The notes beneath the pieces are model-generated. The model was not told the origin of the DNA. It ran no database searches and saw nothing but the letters and a program-made list of their open reading frames with translations. A program made the position numbers and the translations under genes. This document shows positions 43,639-53,977 of a stretch of 64,000 bases of DNA, in pieces. The stretch comes from a virus: the IMG/VR virus record IMGVR_UViG_3300018080_000122, positions 1-64,000 of that record. One strand, 5' to 3'. Within the stretch, counting starts at the first letter, position 1. Each line of letters starts with the position of its first letter.

Positions 43639-46551
43639 GTGCCCAAAACGCGCTCTCTTGCTATAATACTAAGGAGCACGGGACACAAGAGACAAGGACA
43701 TGATGTGCCAGGACGACTAGACTCGATGGTTTGGATACCTCGCAACGATCTTCCAGACTATTCTATAGACGCCTCCGACCTGAAACTAAAATACCAATCT
43801 GGTTATGGTGCTTCAGAACGAGTAGAAACTCTGAAGCTATACGTGCCAGAAAAACTGGTGGTGGGCATTCCGAGAGCTTACTTCTACCGTGCTGCTGGTA
43901 GCGCGGCAGGAAGTGTAAAAGACTGTAGAACGCGGGGGCGACACGTCAAGTTCCCTTTCAAGAGCACCCTCCGACCTAACCAAGTTGAAATCACGGACAC
44001 CTTTTATAAGCACCTTATAGACTCCCCTCATAATGGCGGTATCTTATGTGCACCCTGTGGCGCTGGCAAAACGGTCATGGCGTTGCATACCATTGCCAGG
44101 CTTGAGCGCTCTACCTTAGTCATTGTCCACACGTCAAGACTGCTTAATCAATGGATTGAGCGCATAGAAGAGCACATGGGAATCACAGCAGGGGTCATTA
44201 GAGAAGACGCTTTCGAGACGGACGCAGACATTGTAGTGGCAATGTTGCAAACTTTGCTGTCCAGGGGATACACAGCGAAAGACTTGAGCATGTTCGGCAC
44301 TTGTGCCGTGGACGAAACCCATCGCGTTGCAGCGCCCACGTGGTCTAGCGTTATCAAATCCCTTCCTATGAAATACCGTTTGGGTCTCACAGCGACTCCA
44401 AGACGATCAGACAAACTCGACAACGCTTTTTTCTTTCATATAGGGAAAGTGCTGGCCAAATCTGAAAAGAGAGAAATGAAGCCTCGCATTTATTTTGTCA
44501 ATACTAACGTGGGATTCAGGGTGCCCATGCTGGGAAACGGCAAAGTGAACAGAGCCCGCGCATTGAATATCCTGGCCAAGAATAAAGAGCGAAACCGTAA
44601 GATATCCAAAGAAATAGTCAAAGCTATAAAGTCGGACCGAGTGATTCTGGTATTATCTGACCGCATGGAGCTGCTGTATCATCAACGTAGACTATTAAAG
44701 GAACGGGATATCCCAGACGACAAGATAGGTTGGGTAGTAGGAGCCCACTGGGCAGGCGTTGATCCTGATGACCCATCAGAAGACCTTGAACAAGAAAGAA
44801 CCGCTAGCGGGCCTCCCAAGGCCGTCCTGCGGGCTGTCAAGAAGATAGTTCAAGAGCACGCGCCTCACGAGGAAGTCACGGTGGAAGGAAAGTGGATATT
44901 CGTCAGTGGCGCCAATACGCTTCCAATAGATGATTTGCTTGCGATACCAGGGCTCACAAAAGGTAAATACAAAGGGAACACAATAGGACTGGCAACTAAA
45001 ATAGTTGGTGGGCAGCCCAAAACAGTGAAGATCCCAGAAGCGCAGATGAAGGAAAACCAAAAGAGACAAATACTTTTGGCCACATTTGGGCTTGCCTGTG
45101 TAGATATAAATACTAATATTGTCGACCCATTGACTGGGCATAGCAATCTTCTAAGAGACCTAATAGGCACCAAACCAGAAATCGTGAGTGCCAGTAACTG
45201 CACAGGAAAATTAGTAACGGCGTCTTGTGTCGCTTATTCTGGAATAAAGGAGTGTGTAAAAGTCACTATTGCAGACAACTCGTTAGTGTTGTCAAACGAT
45301 CATTTAGTCTTCACACACAGAGGGAAAGTGCCAGCGGGGGATCTTACCACACAAGACTACATACTGCGGCCACGTATTGTAAAATGCCCCACAAGAAGCA
45401 TAGATGTAGACAAAGACGACATGTGGCTGGCGGGCATGCTATTGGGTGACGGGGCTATATCACAAATACACAAAAGGATAGCGCAGGTTATAAATGCCGA
45501 TGAAGAGGTTTTGGAACATGTTTCCAGTATTTTAAATAACAGAGGAATGCTAATCAAAAAAGTAAAGTGCAGGGACTACCACTACTGGATACGTTCTAAA
45601 AAAGGTAAGGCTGGGCGCGGAGCGAAGACATGGCTACGCAGATTTGTTGAACGTTGGGGCCTTTCAAACACAGCAAGATTTAAACATATACCTATAGAAT
45701 GGATGATGTCAAGCACCCACCTTATTAAATCTTTGCTTGGCGGGTTGTTTGCGTCGGACGGACATGTAGACAATAGGGGAACACCCGGATTCTCAAGTTC
45801 CAGCCGCAGAATGGCAGAACAAGTTCGTTTCTTGCTGTGGAGGTTGGGACTGCAATCCACTATACGTAAATCTGAAAGCACGTGGTCGATTGGGGTACCA
45901 GCCAGTAGTGCTTTGCGTCTAGACATTGATTGGCGCATAACAAGAAAAGCCAATAGACTTGACGAGCACAACCGTATGCATAACAAGTTATCTTTGGGCA
46001 CTTGGAATAAAATACCTGTACATCTGGTTTTGCGCATTAAAGAGATAGCTAAGACCAAGGGCGTCAAAATAGAAGAAATGATTAGGTTATGCAGGAAATA
46101 CGGCTACGCTGCGACTAACCTACGCCATAATCAACTAGAGGTAACTTACGAAGTAGCGTCTCTGCTAATGGAAATTCTCGGAGTAGAGGATGCTCCAGAA
46201 TTACAAAATATTAAAAATTTCCATTTTATGCCTGTGCTGAATATTGAAACGGTTGGGCCTAGACCAGTAGGAGATATGACAGTACCAGGACTGCACCGTT
46301 GGGTGACGAACGGTATGTTAATACATAACAGCGAAGGGCTCGATATCCCCGCCGTTGACGTTTTAGTATTAGCAACACCACGGTCGGACGTGGAGCAGGC
46401 TGTCGGTCGTGCTCTTAGAACACTTCCGGGTAAGAAGCAGCCGATAATAGTTGATTTTGTAGACGCTGCCTCGTATTTCCAAGCGCTAAAGGGTAAGAGG
46501 CGAAGGCAGTATCGCAAGCTGGGCTACGAAGTAGTAGAAACGAGGTCATAA
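43639..46551 (+). CDS. superfamily 2 DNA helicase, intein-containing
   Basis: APCGAGKT, VDETH, GLTATP, SEGLDIP, QAVGRALR; start uncertain. Confidence 0.9.
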   Translation: MPKTRSLAIILRSTGHKRQGHDVPGRLDSMVWIPRNDLPDYSIDASDLKLKYQSGYGASERVETLKLYVPEKLVVGIPRAYFYRAAGSAAGSVKDCRTRGRHVKFPFKSTLRPNQVEITDTFYKHLIDSPHNGGILCAPCGAGKTVMALHTIARLERSTLVIVHTSRLLNQWIERIEEHMGITAGVIREDAFETDADIVVAMLQTLLSRGYTAKDLSMFGTCAVDETHRVAAPTWSSVIKSLPMKYRLGLTATPRRSDKLDNAFFFHIGKVLAKSEKREMKPRIYFVNTNVGFRVPMLGNGKVNRARALNILAKNKERNRKISKEIVKAIKSDRVILVLSDRMELLYHQRRLLKERDIPDDKIGWVVGAHWAGVDPDDPSEDLEQERTASGPPKAVLRAVKKIVQEHAPHEEVTVEGKWIFVSGANTLPIDDLLAIPGLTKGKYKGNTIGLATKIVGGQPKTVKIPEAQMKENQKRQILLATFGLACVDINTNIVDPLTGHSNLLRDLIGTKPEIVSASNCTGKLVTASCVAYSGIKECVKVTIADNSLVLSNDHLVFTHRGKVPAGDLTTQDYILRPRIVKCPTRSIDVDKDDMWLAGMLLGDGAISQIHKRIAQVINADEEVLEHVSSILNNRGMLIKKVKCRDYHYWIRSKKGKAGRGAKTWLRRFVERWGLSNTARFKHIPIEWMMSSTHLIKSLLGGLFASDGHVDNRGTPGFSSSSRRMAEQVRFLLWRLGLQSTIRKSESTWSIGVPASSALRLDIDWRITRKANRLDEHNRMHNKLSLGTWNKIPVHLVLRIKEIAKTKGVKIEEMIRLCRKYGYAATNLRHNQLEVTYEVASLLMEILGVEDAPELQNIKNFHFMPVLNIETVGPRPVGDMTVPGLHRWVTNGMLIHNSEGLDIPAVDVLVLATPRSDVEQAVGRALRTLPGKKQPIIVDFVDAASYFQALKGKRRRQYRKLGYEVVETRS
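45097..46329 (+). mobile_element. intein (411 aa) with LAGLIDADG homing endonuclease
   Basis: CVDINT...LIHN|S; LAGMLLGDG and LGGLFASDG. Confidence 0.9.
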
Positions 46552-47123
46552 TGGGCAGCAGAGAAGTCTACAATAAGAACAGGAAGAAGCGCTATCATGA
46601 TGATCCTGAATACGCGGACTTGGTTAAGCAGCGTGTGCAGGAATACCGTGACAGGGTGCGCACTTCTAAGAAACGTAAACGCACACTAGAAACACAGGCG
46701 TTTGTGGCTCGTTGGCGTAAAGAAGGCATATCAGACGAGGAAATCGCCAAACGGCTGACGTATCTGGGGTCAAAGCCTCTTTCGCCAATAACTGTTGAAT
46801 TTGGGGGCAGAACTGTTAGACTGATTCCCATTTCCATACTAGGCGCGGAAATAGGTTTTGCTCCGTCCACTATCAGGAAATGGGAGCGTATGGAAGTGGT
46901 CCCAGAAGCCGCGCATCGAGATTCTAGCAACAGACGTTGGTATTCTCAAATTTATCTGTCCATATTGAAGGCCGCAGTTGGCGCGTGCATAAAGAAAGGC
47001 TGGAGCCTGAAGGGGCTCAAGCAGGAGGTTGATAAACGATGGCGAAAGGAAGTGGCTCCACACGGAAGCGAGGCAGACCTTCTAAGAAAGCAAAAAAGAA
47101 GCAAGAGGCTCCGGTTACGGTAG
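46551..47123 (+). CDS. MerR-like HTH DNA-binding protein
   Basis: ISILGAEIGFAPSTIRKWERMEVVPEA.HRDSSNRRWYS. Confidence 0.65.
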   Translation: MGSREVYNKNRKKRYHDDPEYADLVKQRVQEYRDRVRTSKKRKRTLETQAFVARWRKEGISDEEIAKRLTYLGSKPLSPITVEFGGRTVRLIPISILGAEIGFAPSTIRKWERMEVVPEAAHRDSSNRRWYSQIYLSILKAAVGACIKKGWSLKGLKQEVDKRWRKEVAPHGSEADLLRKQKRSKRLRLR

Positions 47124-47461
47124 AAGGAGAAATACACACTAAGAAAAAGATGGGAATAGCAGAATCAAACAAGTCCGAACGCGGCGTGTTTGATTGCCCA
47201 GAGACCATTCATGGGATCGCGCCGGACACTGAAGTAGTTGGGCATGTGCATTACAAGCAGAAGGTGTCCAAGAATATTGGTGGGGTATGGGCCACGATAG
47301 AGTTTGGACTTAGTTGCCCTTGTGCCACCACCCACTTCAATAGAGCGCAGGAGTGGGTTCGTAAAGCGGTGGACATTACCATTGACGAAGAATATGAGGG
47401 AATGTGCCGTGAAGAATGCGAAGAGGAAGAAGCCGAAGGCAACGACAAAGAGTGGCGCTAA
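47039..47461 (+). CDS. hypothetical protein
   Basis: AGGAGG RBS; basic N-terminus and acidic C-terminus. Confidence 0.5.
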   Translation: MAKGSGSTRKRGRPSKKAKKKQEAPVTVEGEIHTKKKMGIAESNKSERGVFDCPETIHGIAPDTEVVGHVHYKQKVSKNIGGVWATIEFGLSCPCATTHFNRAQEWVRKAVDITIDEEYEGMCREECEEEEAEGNDKEWR

Positions 47462-48923
47462 GAAAAAGAAAGCCACCAAAAAGAAAGCACCGAAGAAAAA
47501 GGCTCCTAAGAAGTCGCCCGCCCCTAAGTCAGAAGACGGGGCGAGCAGCAGTTTGAGTGATCTCGAAGCTGTTGTCAAAACCCTGCAAAAGAATAAGGGT
47601 AAAGGGGCGCTAACCATAGTTGGGTCCAAGTCTAGCTATGCTATGGCGCCCAAACACACCATCTCTACTGGCTGTTTCGCTGTAGACTACGCTATCGCTG
47701 GAGGCATCCCCGAAGAGAAGATGGTCATAATATATGGCGATCCCAATGTAGGTAAGACGTCCAAAGCCTACAGCATAATGGGGAACTCGCAGCAGAAGTG
47801 TCGCAACTGTCGGCAGCGTATCAGGACCAAAATAAATTTCAAGGGTCTGAGGAACGCCGATGGCGAAGAAATTCCTGTTGATAAGGTCATTGTAAATTGG
47901 CAACCGTCCAGGTATGTCTTCGAAGCGGTTTATCATGACGCTACTGATAAGATCTTGGCTGAGGCCAAGATGACTCTCGACCTTACAACCACAAAGTCGT
48001 GCGGCTGTAAAACTGCACCTGAACCTTACCTTATAGCCATAGCCTGTATGGACCGTAAGTTTGATCACGGTTGGGCCAGAAATTTTGGGGTGTCTGGTGA
48101 AGGGCTCGTTATTGTTCAAGGCGAGACGGGGGAAGACACTATCGATATCATTGACTCGCTCATTCGTGAGGGTGTTGTTGATTTGGTGGTCATTGACTCC
48201 CTAGCCCAAATGGTGCCCAAGAAAGAGATCAAGAAAGACGCAGACGACGAACAGCCTGCACTGCAGGCCAAGATGCTCAACAGGGCCATGCGTAAATGGT
48301 CCAATGCTCTGGTAGGCTATGGTGCAGACGATTTCGCCCCCACCATTATCATGATCAATCAGACCAGGTTGAATGTTGGTATGTTTGGTGGGCAGTTCAG
48401 GCCTGGAGGTCGCGGTCAACTATTCGCTAGCACGGTAGATATAAAGCTTAGCAGAGGTAAGTTTTCCTCTGGCGCCTGGGCCAAAAAACACGTTGCGTTG
48501 GACAAAAATAAACGTGCTGTAGCTCAGTGCGTGAAGTTCGCCATTACTAAATGCATGGTAGGACCACCAAATACTGAAGGGTACTATCAACTGAACCTCC
48601 GCCCATTCAAAGGGCGAACCCCCGGAACTGTGGACGATGAACACGCAGTGGCCAATTTTGCTACAATCACGTCGATGTTCAAGCCAGGAGAGGATTTATT
48701 CGGACGAAGTTTCCCATCCGAACCAAAACTGGTGCAGGAGTTCTTTTCTGACAGGGAATATTTTTACACAGTGCGAGAAGAGCTGATGAAATTCCTGCTC
48801 ACTGAATCCACAGACTGGATGGAATTTGGTGTGTGGAAGCCTGTTCAGAAACCCAAGAAAGAAGAAGAAGCCGACGTTATCCATGATGAGGATTGGATAG
48901 CCACCGAAGTGGAGTTCGACTAG
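47304..48923 (+). CDS. RecA/UvsX-like recombinase with Lys-rich N-terminus and Cys-containing insertion
   Basis: ISTG...D...GGIP, GDPNVGKT, VIDSLA, MINQTR, PGGRG; true start probably downstream of 47304. Confidence 0.85.
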   Translation: MDLVALVPPPTSIERRSGFVKRWTLPLTKNMRECAVKNAKRKKPKATTKSGAKKKKATKKKAPKKKAPKKSPAPKSEDGASSSLSDLEAVVKTLQKNKGKGALTIVGSKSSYAMAPKHTISTGCFAVDYAIAGGIPEEKMVIIYGDPNVGKTSKAYSIMGNSQQKCRNCRQRIRTKINFKGLRNADGEEIPVDKVIVNWQPSRYVFEAVYHDATDKILAEAKMTLDLTTTKSCGCKTAPEPYLIAIACMDRKFDHGWARNFGVSGEGLVIVQGETGEDTIDIIDSLIREGVVDLVVIDSLAQMVPKKEIKKDADDEQPALQAKMLNRAMRKWSNALVGYGADDFAPTIIMINQTRLNVGMFGGQFRPGGRGQLFASTVDIKLSRGKFSSGAWAKKHVALDKNKRAVAQCVKFAITKCMVGPPNTEGYYQLNLRPFKGRTPGTVDDEHAVANFATITSMFKPGEDLFGRSFPSEPKLVQEFFSDREYFYTVREELMKFLLTESTDWMEFGVWKPVQKPKKEEEADVIHDEDWIATEVEFD

Positions 48924-50729
48924 GTGCCCAGAAAACGAGATAGGAAAATAGTGCCGCCCGCCATGCAAGAGAAACGCATGGATGGTGTTGCATCTTCGCG
49001 GCGGCACGAAACCCGTCTCAGCAAGAAGTTGGGTAAAAACGCCCATCGTCAGAGAGCCTCCGGGGCGCGGCAGGGTAAAAAAGGGGATATTGACTGGTGG
49101 GGCGACGGCGAAGATTGGTGGCGCTCCGTCAAGGTGGAAAATAAAACCACCGTGAACAAGGACAAGAAGTCATTTTCTATCAAGAAAGCACATCTAGAAA
49201 AGATAAGCAAAGAAGCAGCGGTGCATGACATGCTTCCTATGATGGCTTTTGAGATTCCTGGAATGACTACGCTAACACCACGAGATTGGGCGTTGGTGCC
49301 CATCCATAGTGAGGATGCTATGAAGAAAGTGCTTGCAGGACTCTCTAAAAATAGGAGACACGAGCCGCCGCCCCCGAAAGTTCGCCACAAGAAAATGCCT
49401 GGGTCGGCAGATTTTTTCAACAAGACGCTCTACGATTTCTTGAAAAAGCGAGCAGTGTACGGGACCAGGCAGCGTGAAGATGGTCTCCTTCACGTATCGG
49501 AGATGTATGACTTCTGCCCCAGAAGAGAAGTGTTCAAAATCTCTTTCAAAGGAGGCAGAAAAGATCCTCCAGATCCAGGCCTGCAAATGATCTTCGACCA
49601 TGGCACCATGACCCATTATTGGTATCAGAATGCTTATATGGGGCCAGCTGGACACCTGTGGGGCACATGGAAATGCGTTGCGTGCGGAGACACCAGGGAG
49701 GGTGTGATGCCGTCTAAACCCTGCCAGTGTTCTATTGACGAATGCGGGAGCGAGTGCACGCCCGACCCAGAAATTGGATGCCGCATGTGCGTGGCTGAGG
49801 GCATGCTCATATCCACAGAGACGGGGCCTGAGCCGATAGAGGACATTATCGCGGGCGTAAAAGTGTGGACGCACGAGGGGCGCTTACGTGAAGTCACAGG
49901 GGTATGGAAAGAACACAGCAGGCGGGAGACAGTGTCCATCACTGTTTACGACTGTATATATCCAGTGCTGCTCACAAAAGATCACCCGGTTCTCATCGAA
50001 GTTGATGGAGCCTTTGAGGATATGGACGCAGGCGATGTCAGAGTAGGCGACACAGCGTTCTTCTTGAATAACGGAAAACCTTCCCGCACTGAAGTCGTTT
50101 CTGTAGCGGAAGGTCCTCCCCAAGCAGTGTGGAACATGGAAGTGGCCCAAGATGCCTCATTCTATGCGGGCGAGATTTTGGTGGGTAATTGCACCACTTG
50201 GGGTAGATGGGAATTCGTAGAGCCTAGAGTATTCTTCAAGAAGTACGGCGTCATAGGATCATGCGACGGTGTGCTTATGAATCTCCCAGGAGATAAGAAG
50301 AAAAAGCGTGTTTGGGAAATAAAGACGATACACATGGAGGCCTTCAAGCGCTTATCATTTCCATACACTAAACATATAGCGCAAGCTAGTCTGTATGGTA
50401 TAGGGCTGGGCGTGGAAAACTTGATGATGACTTATATCCCAAAAGGCGACATGGGTGAACCGCCCAAGGCTTTCCGGCTTGAGACAGATGAAGGTTTGGC
50501 CTACGAAGCGCTAGGCAAAGCTGAAAAATTCTGGAACGCCATCAAGAGAGGATTGTTACCACCAAGATTGTGCAATGCCAGGACAGCTCCCAAGGCAATC
50601 AAGTGCCCCCACAAGAAGATCTGTTTTACCAACACAGCCGAAGCCGACGTCAAGAAGATCTTACAAGAGAAGAAGGAAGAGGGAGAGCTGGAATGGGTGA
50701 AATCATCATTGGAGTTGATCCAGGGATAA
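48924..50729 (+). CDS. PD-(D/E)XK resolvase-like domain fused to a Cas4-like PD-(D/E)XK exonuclease, with mini-intein
   Basis: SGA..GKKGDI...VENKTT; HVSEMYDFCPR, HG...H, GSCDG, WEIKT, HIAQASLY, C...CPH...C. Confidence 0.75.
   Translation: MPRKRDRKIVPPAMQEKRMDGVASSRRHETRLSKKLGKNAHRQRASGARQGKKGDIDWWGDGEDWWRSVKVENKTTVNKDKKSFSIKKAHLEKISKEAAVHDMLPMMAFEIPGMTTLTPRDWALVPIHSEDAMKKVLAGLSKNRRHEPPPPKVRHKKMPGSADFFNKTLYDFLKKRAVYGTRQREDGLLHVSEMYDFCPRREVFKISFKGGRKDPPDPGLQMIFDHGTMTHYWYQNAYMGPAGHLWGTWKCVACGDTREGVMPSKPCQCSIDECGSECTPDPEIGCRMCVAEGMLISTETGPEPIEDIIAGVKVWTHEGRLREVTGVWKEHSRRETVSITVYDCIYPVLLTKDHPVLIEVDGAFEDMDAGDVRVGDTAFFLNNGKPSRTEVVSVAEGPPQAVWNMEVAQDASFYAGEILVGNCTTWGRWEFVEPRVFFKKYGVIGSCDGVLMNLPGDKKKKRVWEIKTIHMEAFKRLSFPYTKHIAQASLYGIGLGVENLMMTYIPKGDMGEPPKAFRLETDEGLAYEALGKAEKFWNAIKRGLLPPRLCNARTAPKAIKCPHKKICFTNTAEADVKKILQEKKEEGELEWVKSSLELIQG
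49788..50189 (+). mobile_element. mini-intein (134 aa, no endonuclease)
   Basis: CVAEGMLISTETG...LTKDHPVL...VWNMEVAQDASFYAGEILVGN|C. Confidence 0.85.
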
Positions 50730-51259
50730 ATAATTTTGGATTCGCTGTCTATGACGTAGAAGACGACAATTTCATAGACAGCGGAATATTCAGTGCACCC
50801 CCAGCAGGCAAGAAGGCACGTTTGCATTTTTCGGATGATTTTTCAAGAAGGTTCCACCTGCTAAGTGTAGAAATCAGAAAGATGATCCGTTGTCATAGAG
50901 AGGATTTGGGGTTGGTCGCTTTCGAAGGTTTCACTTTTCTAAGGCACGCTAAAGCCTCCACACTTGTCGGCGGGTCCATAGCAGCACTAATAAGCCACTG
51001 TGTCGCTTGGAACGTGCCCATATGCACAGTACTGCACGCGGAGATAAATGAATGGTTAGAAAAAAAGACAAGAAGCAAAAAGGAAAGAAAAAAAGAAATA
51101 GCAAAAAAAGTCCTAAGCCTGTGGCCAAACCCAAGTCACCCGTGGCCAAAGGAAGGAAAAAGAAAGCCAAAGATAGCGCAGCACCCTCTGGACGGCGCGG
51201 CACTAGCAGTAGTGGGAAAAATAAAGAGGGACAAGTTGAAATCGACGATGATAATGTGA
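50693..51259 (+). CDS. ruvC: RuvC-like Holliday junction resolvase
   Basis: IIGVDPGINNFGFAV, VAFEG, HPLDGAALA; ATG at 50693. Confidence 0.7.
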   Translation: MGEIIIGVDPGINNFGFAVYDVEDDNFIDSGIFSAPPAGKKARLHFSDDFSRRFHLLSVEIRKMIRCHREDLGLVAFEGFTFLRHAKASTLVGGSIAALISHCVAWNVPICTVLHAEINEWLEKKTRSKKERKKEIAKKVLSLWPNPSHPWPKEGKRKPKIAQHPLDGAALAVVGKIKRDKLKSTMIM

Positions 51260-52125
51260 CCTACTTGCCGGTGGAAGAGCGCACATTCACTGCAGACATG
51301 ATCCCGCGCGCTAACCAGGTTCTAGAAAAGATCCTGAAGCTCAACGAAGAACGCAAAAAAATACAGATGAAGCTGGCGAAGCTTCTATACGAAGTCAAAC
51401 AAAATCAATACTATGTCCACTACAAAGACGACGATGGGAATGCATTCAATAGTTTTGAAGGATTTGTAGTAGGTAAGCTCAAAGAGGATCTCCGAAAAGC
51501 GTATGCCCTGAAGCAGATTTGGGCCAAACTACATGTCGAGGGCGGTTTGAGTGCCAAAGAGCTTGAACAAATTCCCTGGACCAAAGCGCAGATGATCGCT
51601 TCGGAAAGCAATTCACCTGAAGAAATGGAAGAGTGGAAAGAAAAAGCCATTCAGATGCCCTACGGGCAGTTCAAGAAGGAAGTAGATAAGAACAGAAAAA
51701 ACAAACGCCGCCGGAAAGAGATCGTCAATCACAAAAATTTCGACAACAGCTTCGACGATGAGGATACAGAAAAGAAACCCAAGACAGACGAGAAGTGGGA
51801 GCGGCTTCTAGTCTACTTGTCTGAAGACCAAAATGAAGTAATTGAGGCGGCAATAAAGGCCGCCACAGGCCCAGCTAAAAGTGAAAAGAAAAACCAAGTC
51901 CTAAGCCTTATTTGCCAGGAATGGTTAGCATTCTACTCCAAAAATAAGACAGAGCACGAGCGTTTGGCTGCGCTGTTAGCACGGCTGTCTACCAACAGCG
52001 GGTACGAAATTTATTCTTTCCCAAAGAATGTGCGCAGCAAGAAAGCGCGCAAAGAAATAGTCAACAATATCCTGGACGATATTTACGATCTGTTTGGGAT
52101 AGAGGCGCATATCGCGGATGAGTGA
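51052..52125 (+). CDS. hypothetical protein with Lys-rich N-terminus
   Basis: Long ORF. Confidence 0.6.
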   Translation: MVRKKDKKQKGKKKRNSKKSPKPVAKPKSPVAKGRKKKAKDSAAPSGRRGTSSSGKNKEGQVEIDDDNVTYLPVEERTFTADMIPRANQVLEKILKLNEERKKIQMKLAKLLYEVKQNQYYVHYKDDDGNAFNSFEGFVVGKLKEDLRKAYALKQIWAKLHVEGGLSAKELEQIPWTKAQMIASESNSPEEMEEWKEKAIQMPYGQFKKEVDKNRKNKRRRKEIVNHKNFDNSFDDEDTEKKPKTDEKWERLLVYLSEDQNEVIEAAIKAATGPAKSEKKNQVLSLICQEWLAFYSKNKTEHERLAALLARLSTNSGYEIYSFPKNVRSKKARKEIVNNILDDIYDLFGIEAHIADE

Positions 52126-52128
52126 TTC

Positions 52129-52584
52129 ATGGCCCAGAAGAGAATACGCCGTAGGGAGTATTGGCATAAGAGAGCCGACAAAGGTATTTCCTACGTGATA
52201 TCCAATATAGATTTTGAGGAATGCCGAGCTATCATTCAAAAAATGGTAAAAGGTTTTCCCACGGCGGAGTACCGGATTACCTACGGAGAATGCGATTGTA
52301 AAGGCTTCCGTTACAGAGGCAGCTGCGCTCATGTAAATTTCCTCAGTTGTTTAGTTGACGGTAAAACGGCTACTGAGAAAGAAGCGAGCCTTATCTGCAG
52401 CACGATAGTGCATTCTAGGCAGTTCAAAAAATATAAAGCAGAAATCATTGAGCGTGAAGGCAAAGTCGAACTCTTACATATCCGTGCGGAAGTTCCAGAT
52501 CTCCCTACCACCAGGGTCGTAGAGTGGTATTCTGGTCTGCCTGTTATTACTGACATCAATATGAAAAAAGGTGGCGCAGATTGA
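52129..52584 (+). CDS. SWIM zinc-finger protein
   Basis: CDCKGFRYRGSCAH. Confidence 0.7.
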   Translation: MAQKRIRRREYWHKRADKGISYVISNIDFEECRAIIQKMVKGFPTAEYRITYGECDCKGFRYRGSCAHVNFLSCLVDGKTATEKEASLICSTIVHSRQFKKYKAEIIEREGKVELLHIRAEVPDLPTTRVVEWYSGLPVITDINMKKGGAD

Positions 52585-52633
52585 TTTCTGGACTACACTG
52601 GAACCAACTGCACCCCGGTAGTGAGGACGACCA

Positions 52634-52999
52634 ATGAAACGTGCTATCAGGAGCATGCGAAGGAAGACGACTAGAAAGGAAACGTTAGCCGCCAGGCTAT
52701 CTTTATTGTGTGACCAAAAGAAAGAGATCGACAAAGAGATAGCGCTTCTCAAAAAGGAAGTGGTTGATACGTTTGGGGAAAAGGAGCGTGTGGGCAGAAT
52801 CGTCCACAATATCACCCAAACCAAAGTGGTTACTGAGGAGATGCTAGACAAGTTAGACGAAGATGGGGTGCTAGAAGACGTGCTTGCCCCCGAGCGCGTG
52901 GACATGAAAAAACTGAACGCCCTGATCAAAAGTTGCCCTGAGTACGAAAAATACTTAAGATACACCACTCGCAGTAGAGTAGATGTCAAGAAAGCCTAA
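52634..52999 (+). CDS. hypothetical protein
   Basis: ORF with GAGG RBS. Confidence 0.55.
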   Translation: MKRAIRSMRRKTTRKETLAARLSLLCDQKKEIDKEIALLKKEVVDTFGEKERVGRIVHNITQTKVVTEEMLDKLDEDGVLEDVLAPERVDMKKLNALIKSCPEYEKYLRYTTRSRVDVKKA

Positions 53000-53002
53000 C
53001 GA

Positions 53003-53974
53003 ATGAAAGTCAATAAACTGAACGACTTGGACGGCTCTAACTGGCTTAGACTTACCAAATCTTGGTGGACTCCCACAGGAAAATGGGCTGCGTGTCTTGA
53101 CATCGAGAATTCATGGTGGGAAACCGAATACCCCATTGACCCCACGCACAAAATGAGATCCTACATAGGTTGTGCCAAACCCCCATCAGTTGCGCGTGAT
53201 CTAGTCATGATGTTCACCAAGCGGAAAGAGTGGGTTATCGACACTTTTTCTGGCACTGGAGGCCTCATCCTCGGTGCTGCATTAGCCAACCGCCAGTGTG
53301 TCGCGTCTGACATTAGTCAACAACACCTGCAAAGACTGGACGAAGTGTCTAAAGAGTTTGTCATAGTGGACAAGCATCGTAAAGAGGCCATCACCCGCCG
53401 CGTTCGTAAGAAGAAAAAAGTCGTGTCTGAGACGGTGAACGTTGATTTATGGGAGCCTACTTTTGTCCCCGCCGATAAGTGTGAAGGCAAGCACAGAAAA
53501 ATAAACATTGAAACCATATGTGGCGGGTACAAAGACGTCATGGACACTTTCGAAGACGAATCTTTCCATTTTATTATTACCGATCCCCCCTATGGGGTCG
53601 GGCACACCGTCAAGTTTGACGAGGCCTGCAAAATGGAAGGCATATCTTCAGAAGACCCCGAAGACATAGGCAACCTCCAAAACATGAAGCAGTTTCACGC
53701 CGCCATGATATCTTGGGCGCACGAAGCCTACAGAATACTTAGAAAAGGCCGTTACGTTGTGGTGTTCATGGGTGACCGTTACATGGATGGCGAGCTGGTG
53801 CCTCTGGGCTGGACCGTGGCCCAGGTGATGCGCACAGCAGGTTTCAAGCTAAAAGGTGTGTGTCCATGGAGGAATAAGACTACACAGAGACCGTTGAAAC
53901 CTTATGCTTTAGGGCATGCTTACGTGCCTAACATTATCCACCAATATTTTATTGTGCTACGAAAAGAGGGTTAG
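53003..53974 (+). CDS. DNA amino-methyltransferase (N6A/N4C)
   Basis: DTFSGTGG, ITDPPY, YRILRKGRY. Confidence 0.85.
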   Translation: MKVNKLNDLDGSNWLRLTKSWWTPTGKWAACLDIENSWWETEYPIDPTHKMRSYIGCAKPPSVARDLVMMFTKRKEWVIDTFSGTGGLILGAALANRQCVASDISQQHLQRLDEVSKEFVIVDKHRKEAITRRVRKKKKVVSETVNVDLWEPTFVPADKCEGKHRKINIETICGGYKDVMDTFEDESFHFIITDPPYGVGHTVKFDEACKMEGISSEDPEDIGNLQNMKQFHAAMISWAHEAYRILRKGRYVVVFMGDRYMDGELVPLGWTVAQVMRTAGFKLKGVCPWRNKTTQRPLKPYALGHAYVPNIIHQYFIVLRKEG

Positions 53975-53977
53975 CGC

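Noticed and set aside
48924-50729. Cas4-like nuclease as part of the CRISPR system
   Set aside because: It lies 14 kb away between RecA and RuvC, which is typical of a phage recombination exonuclease.
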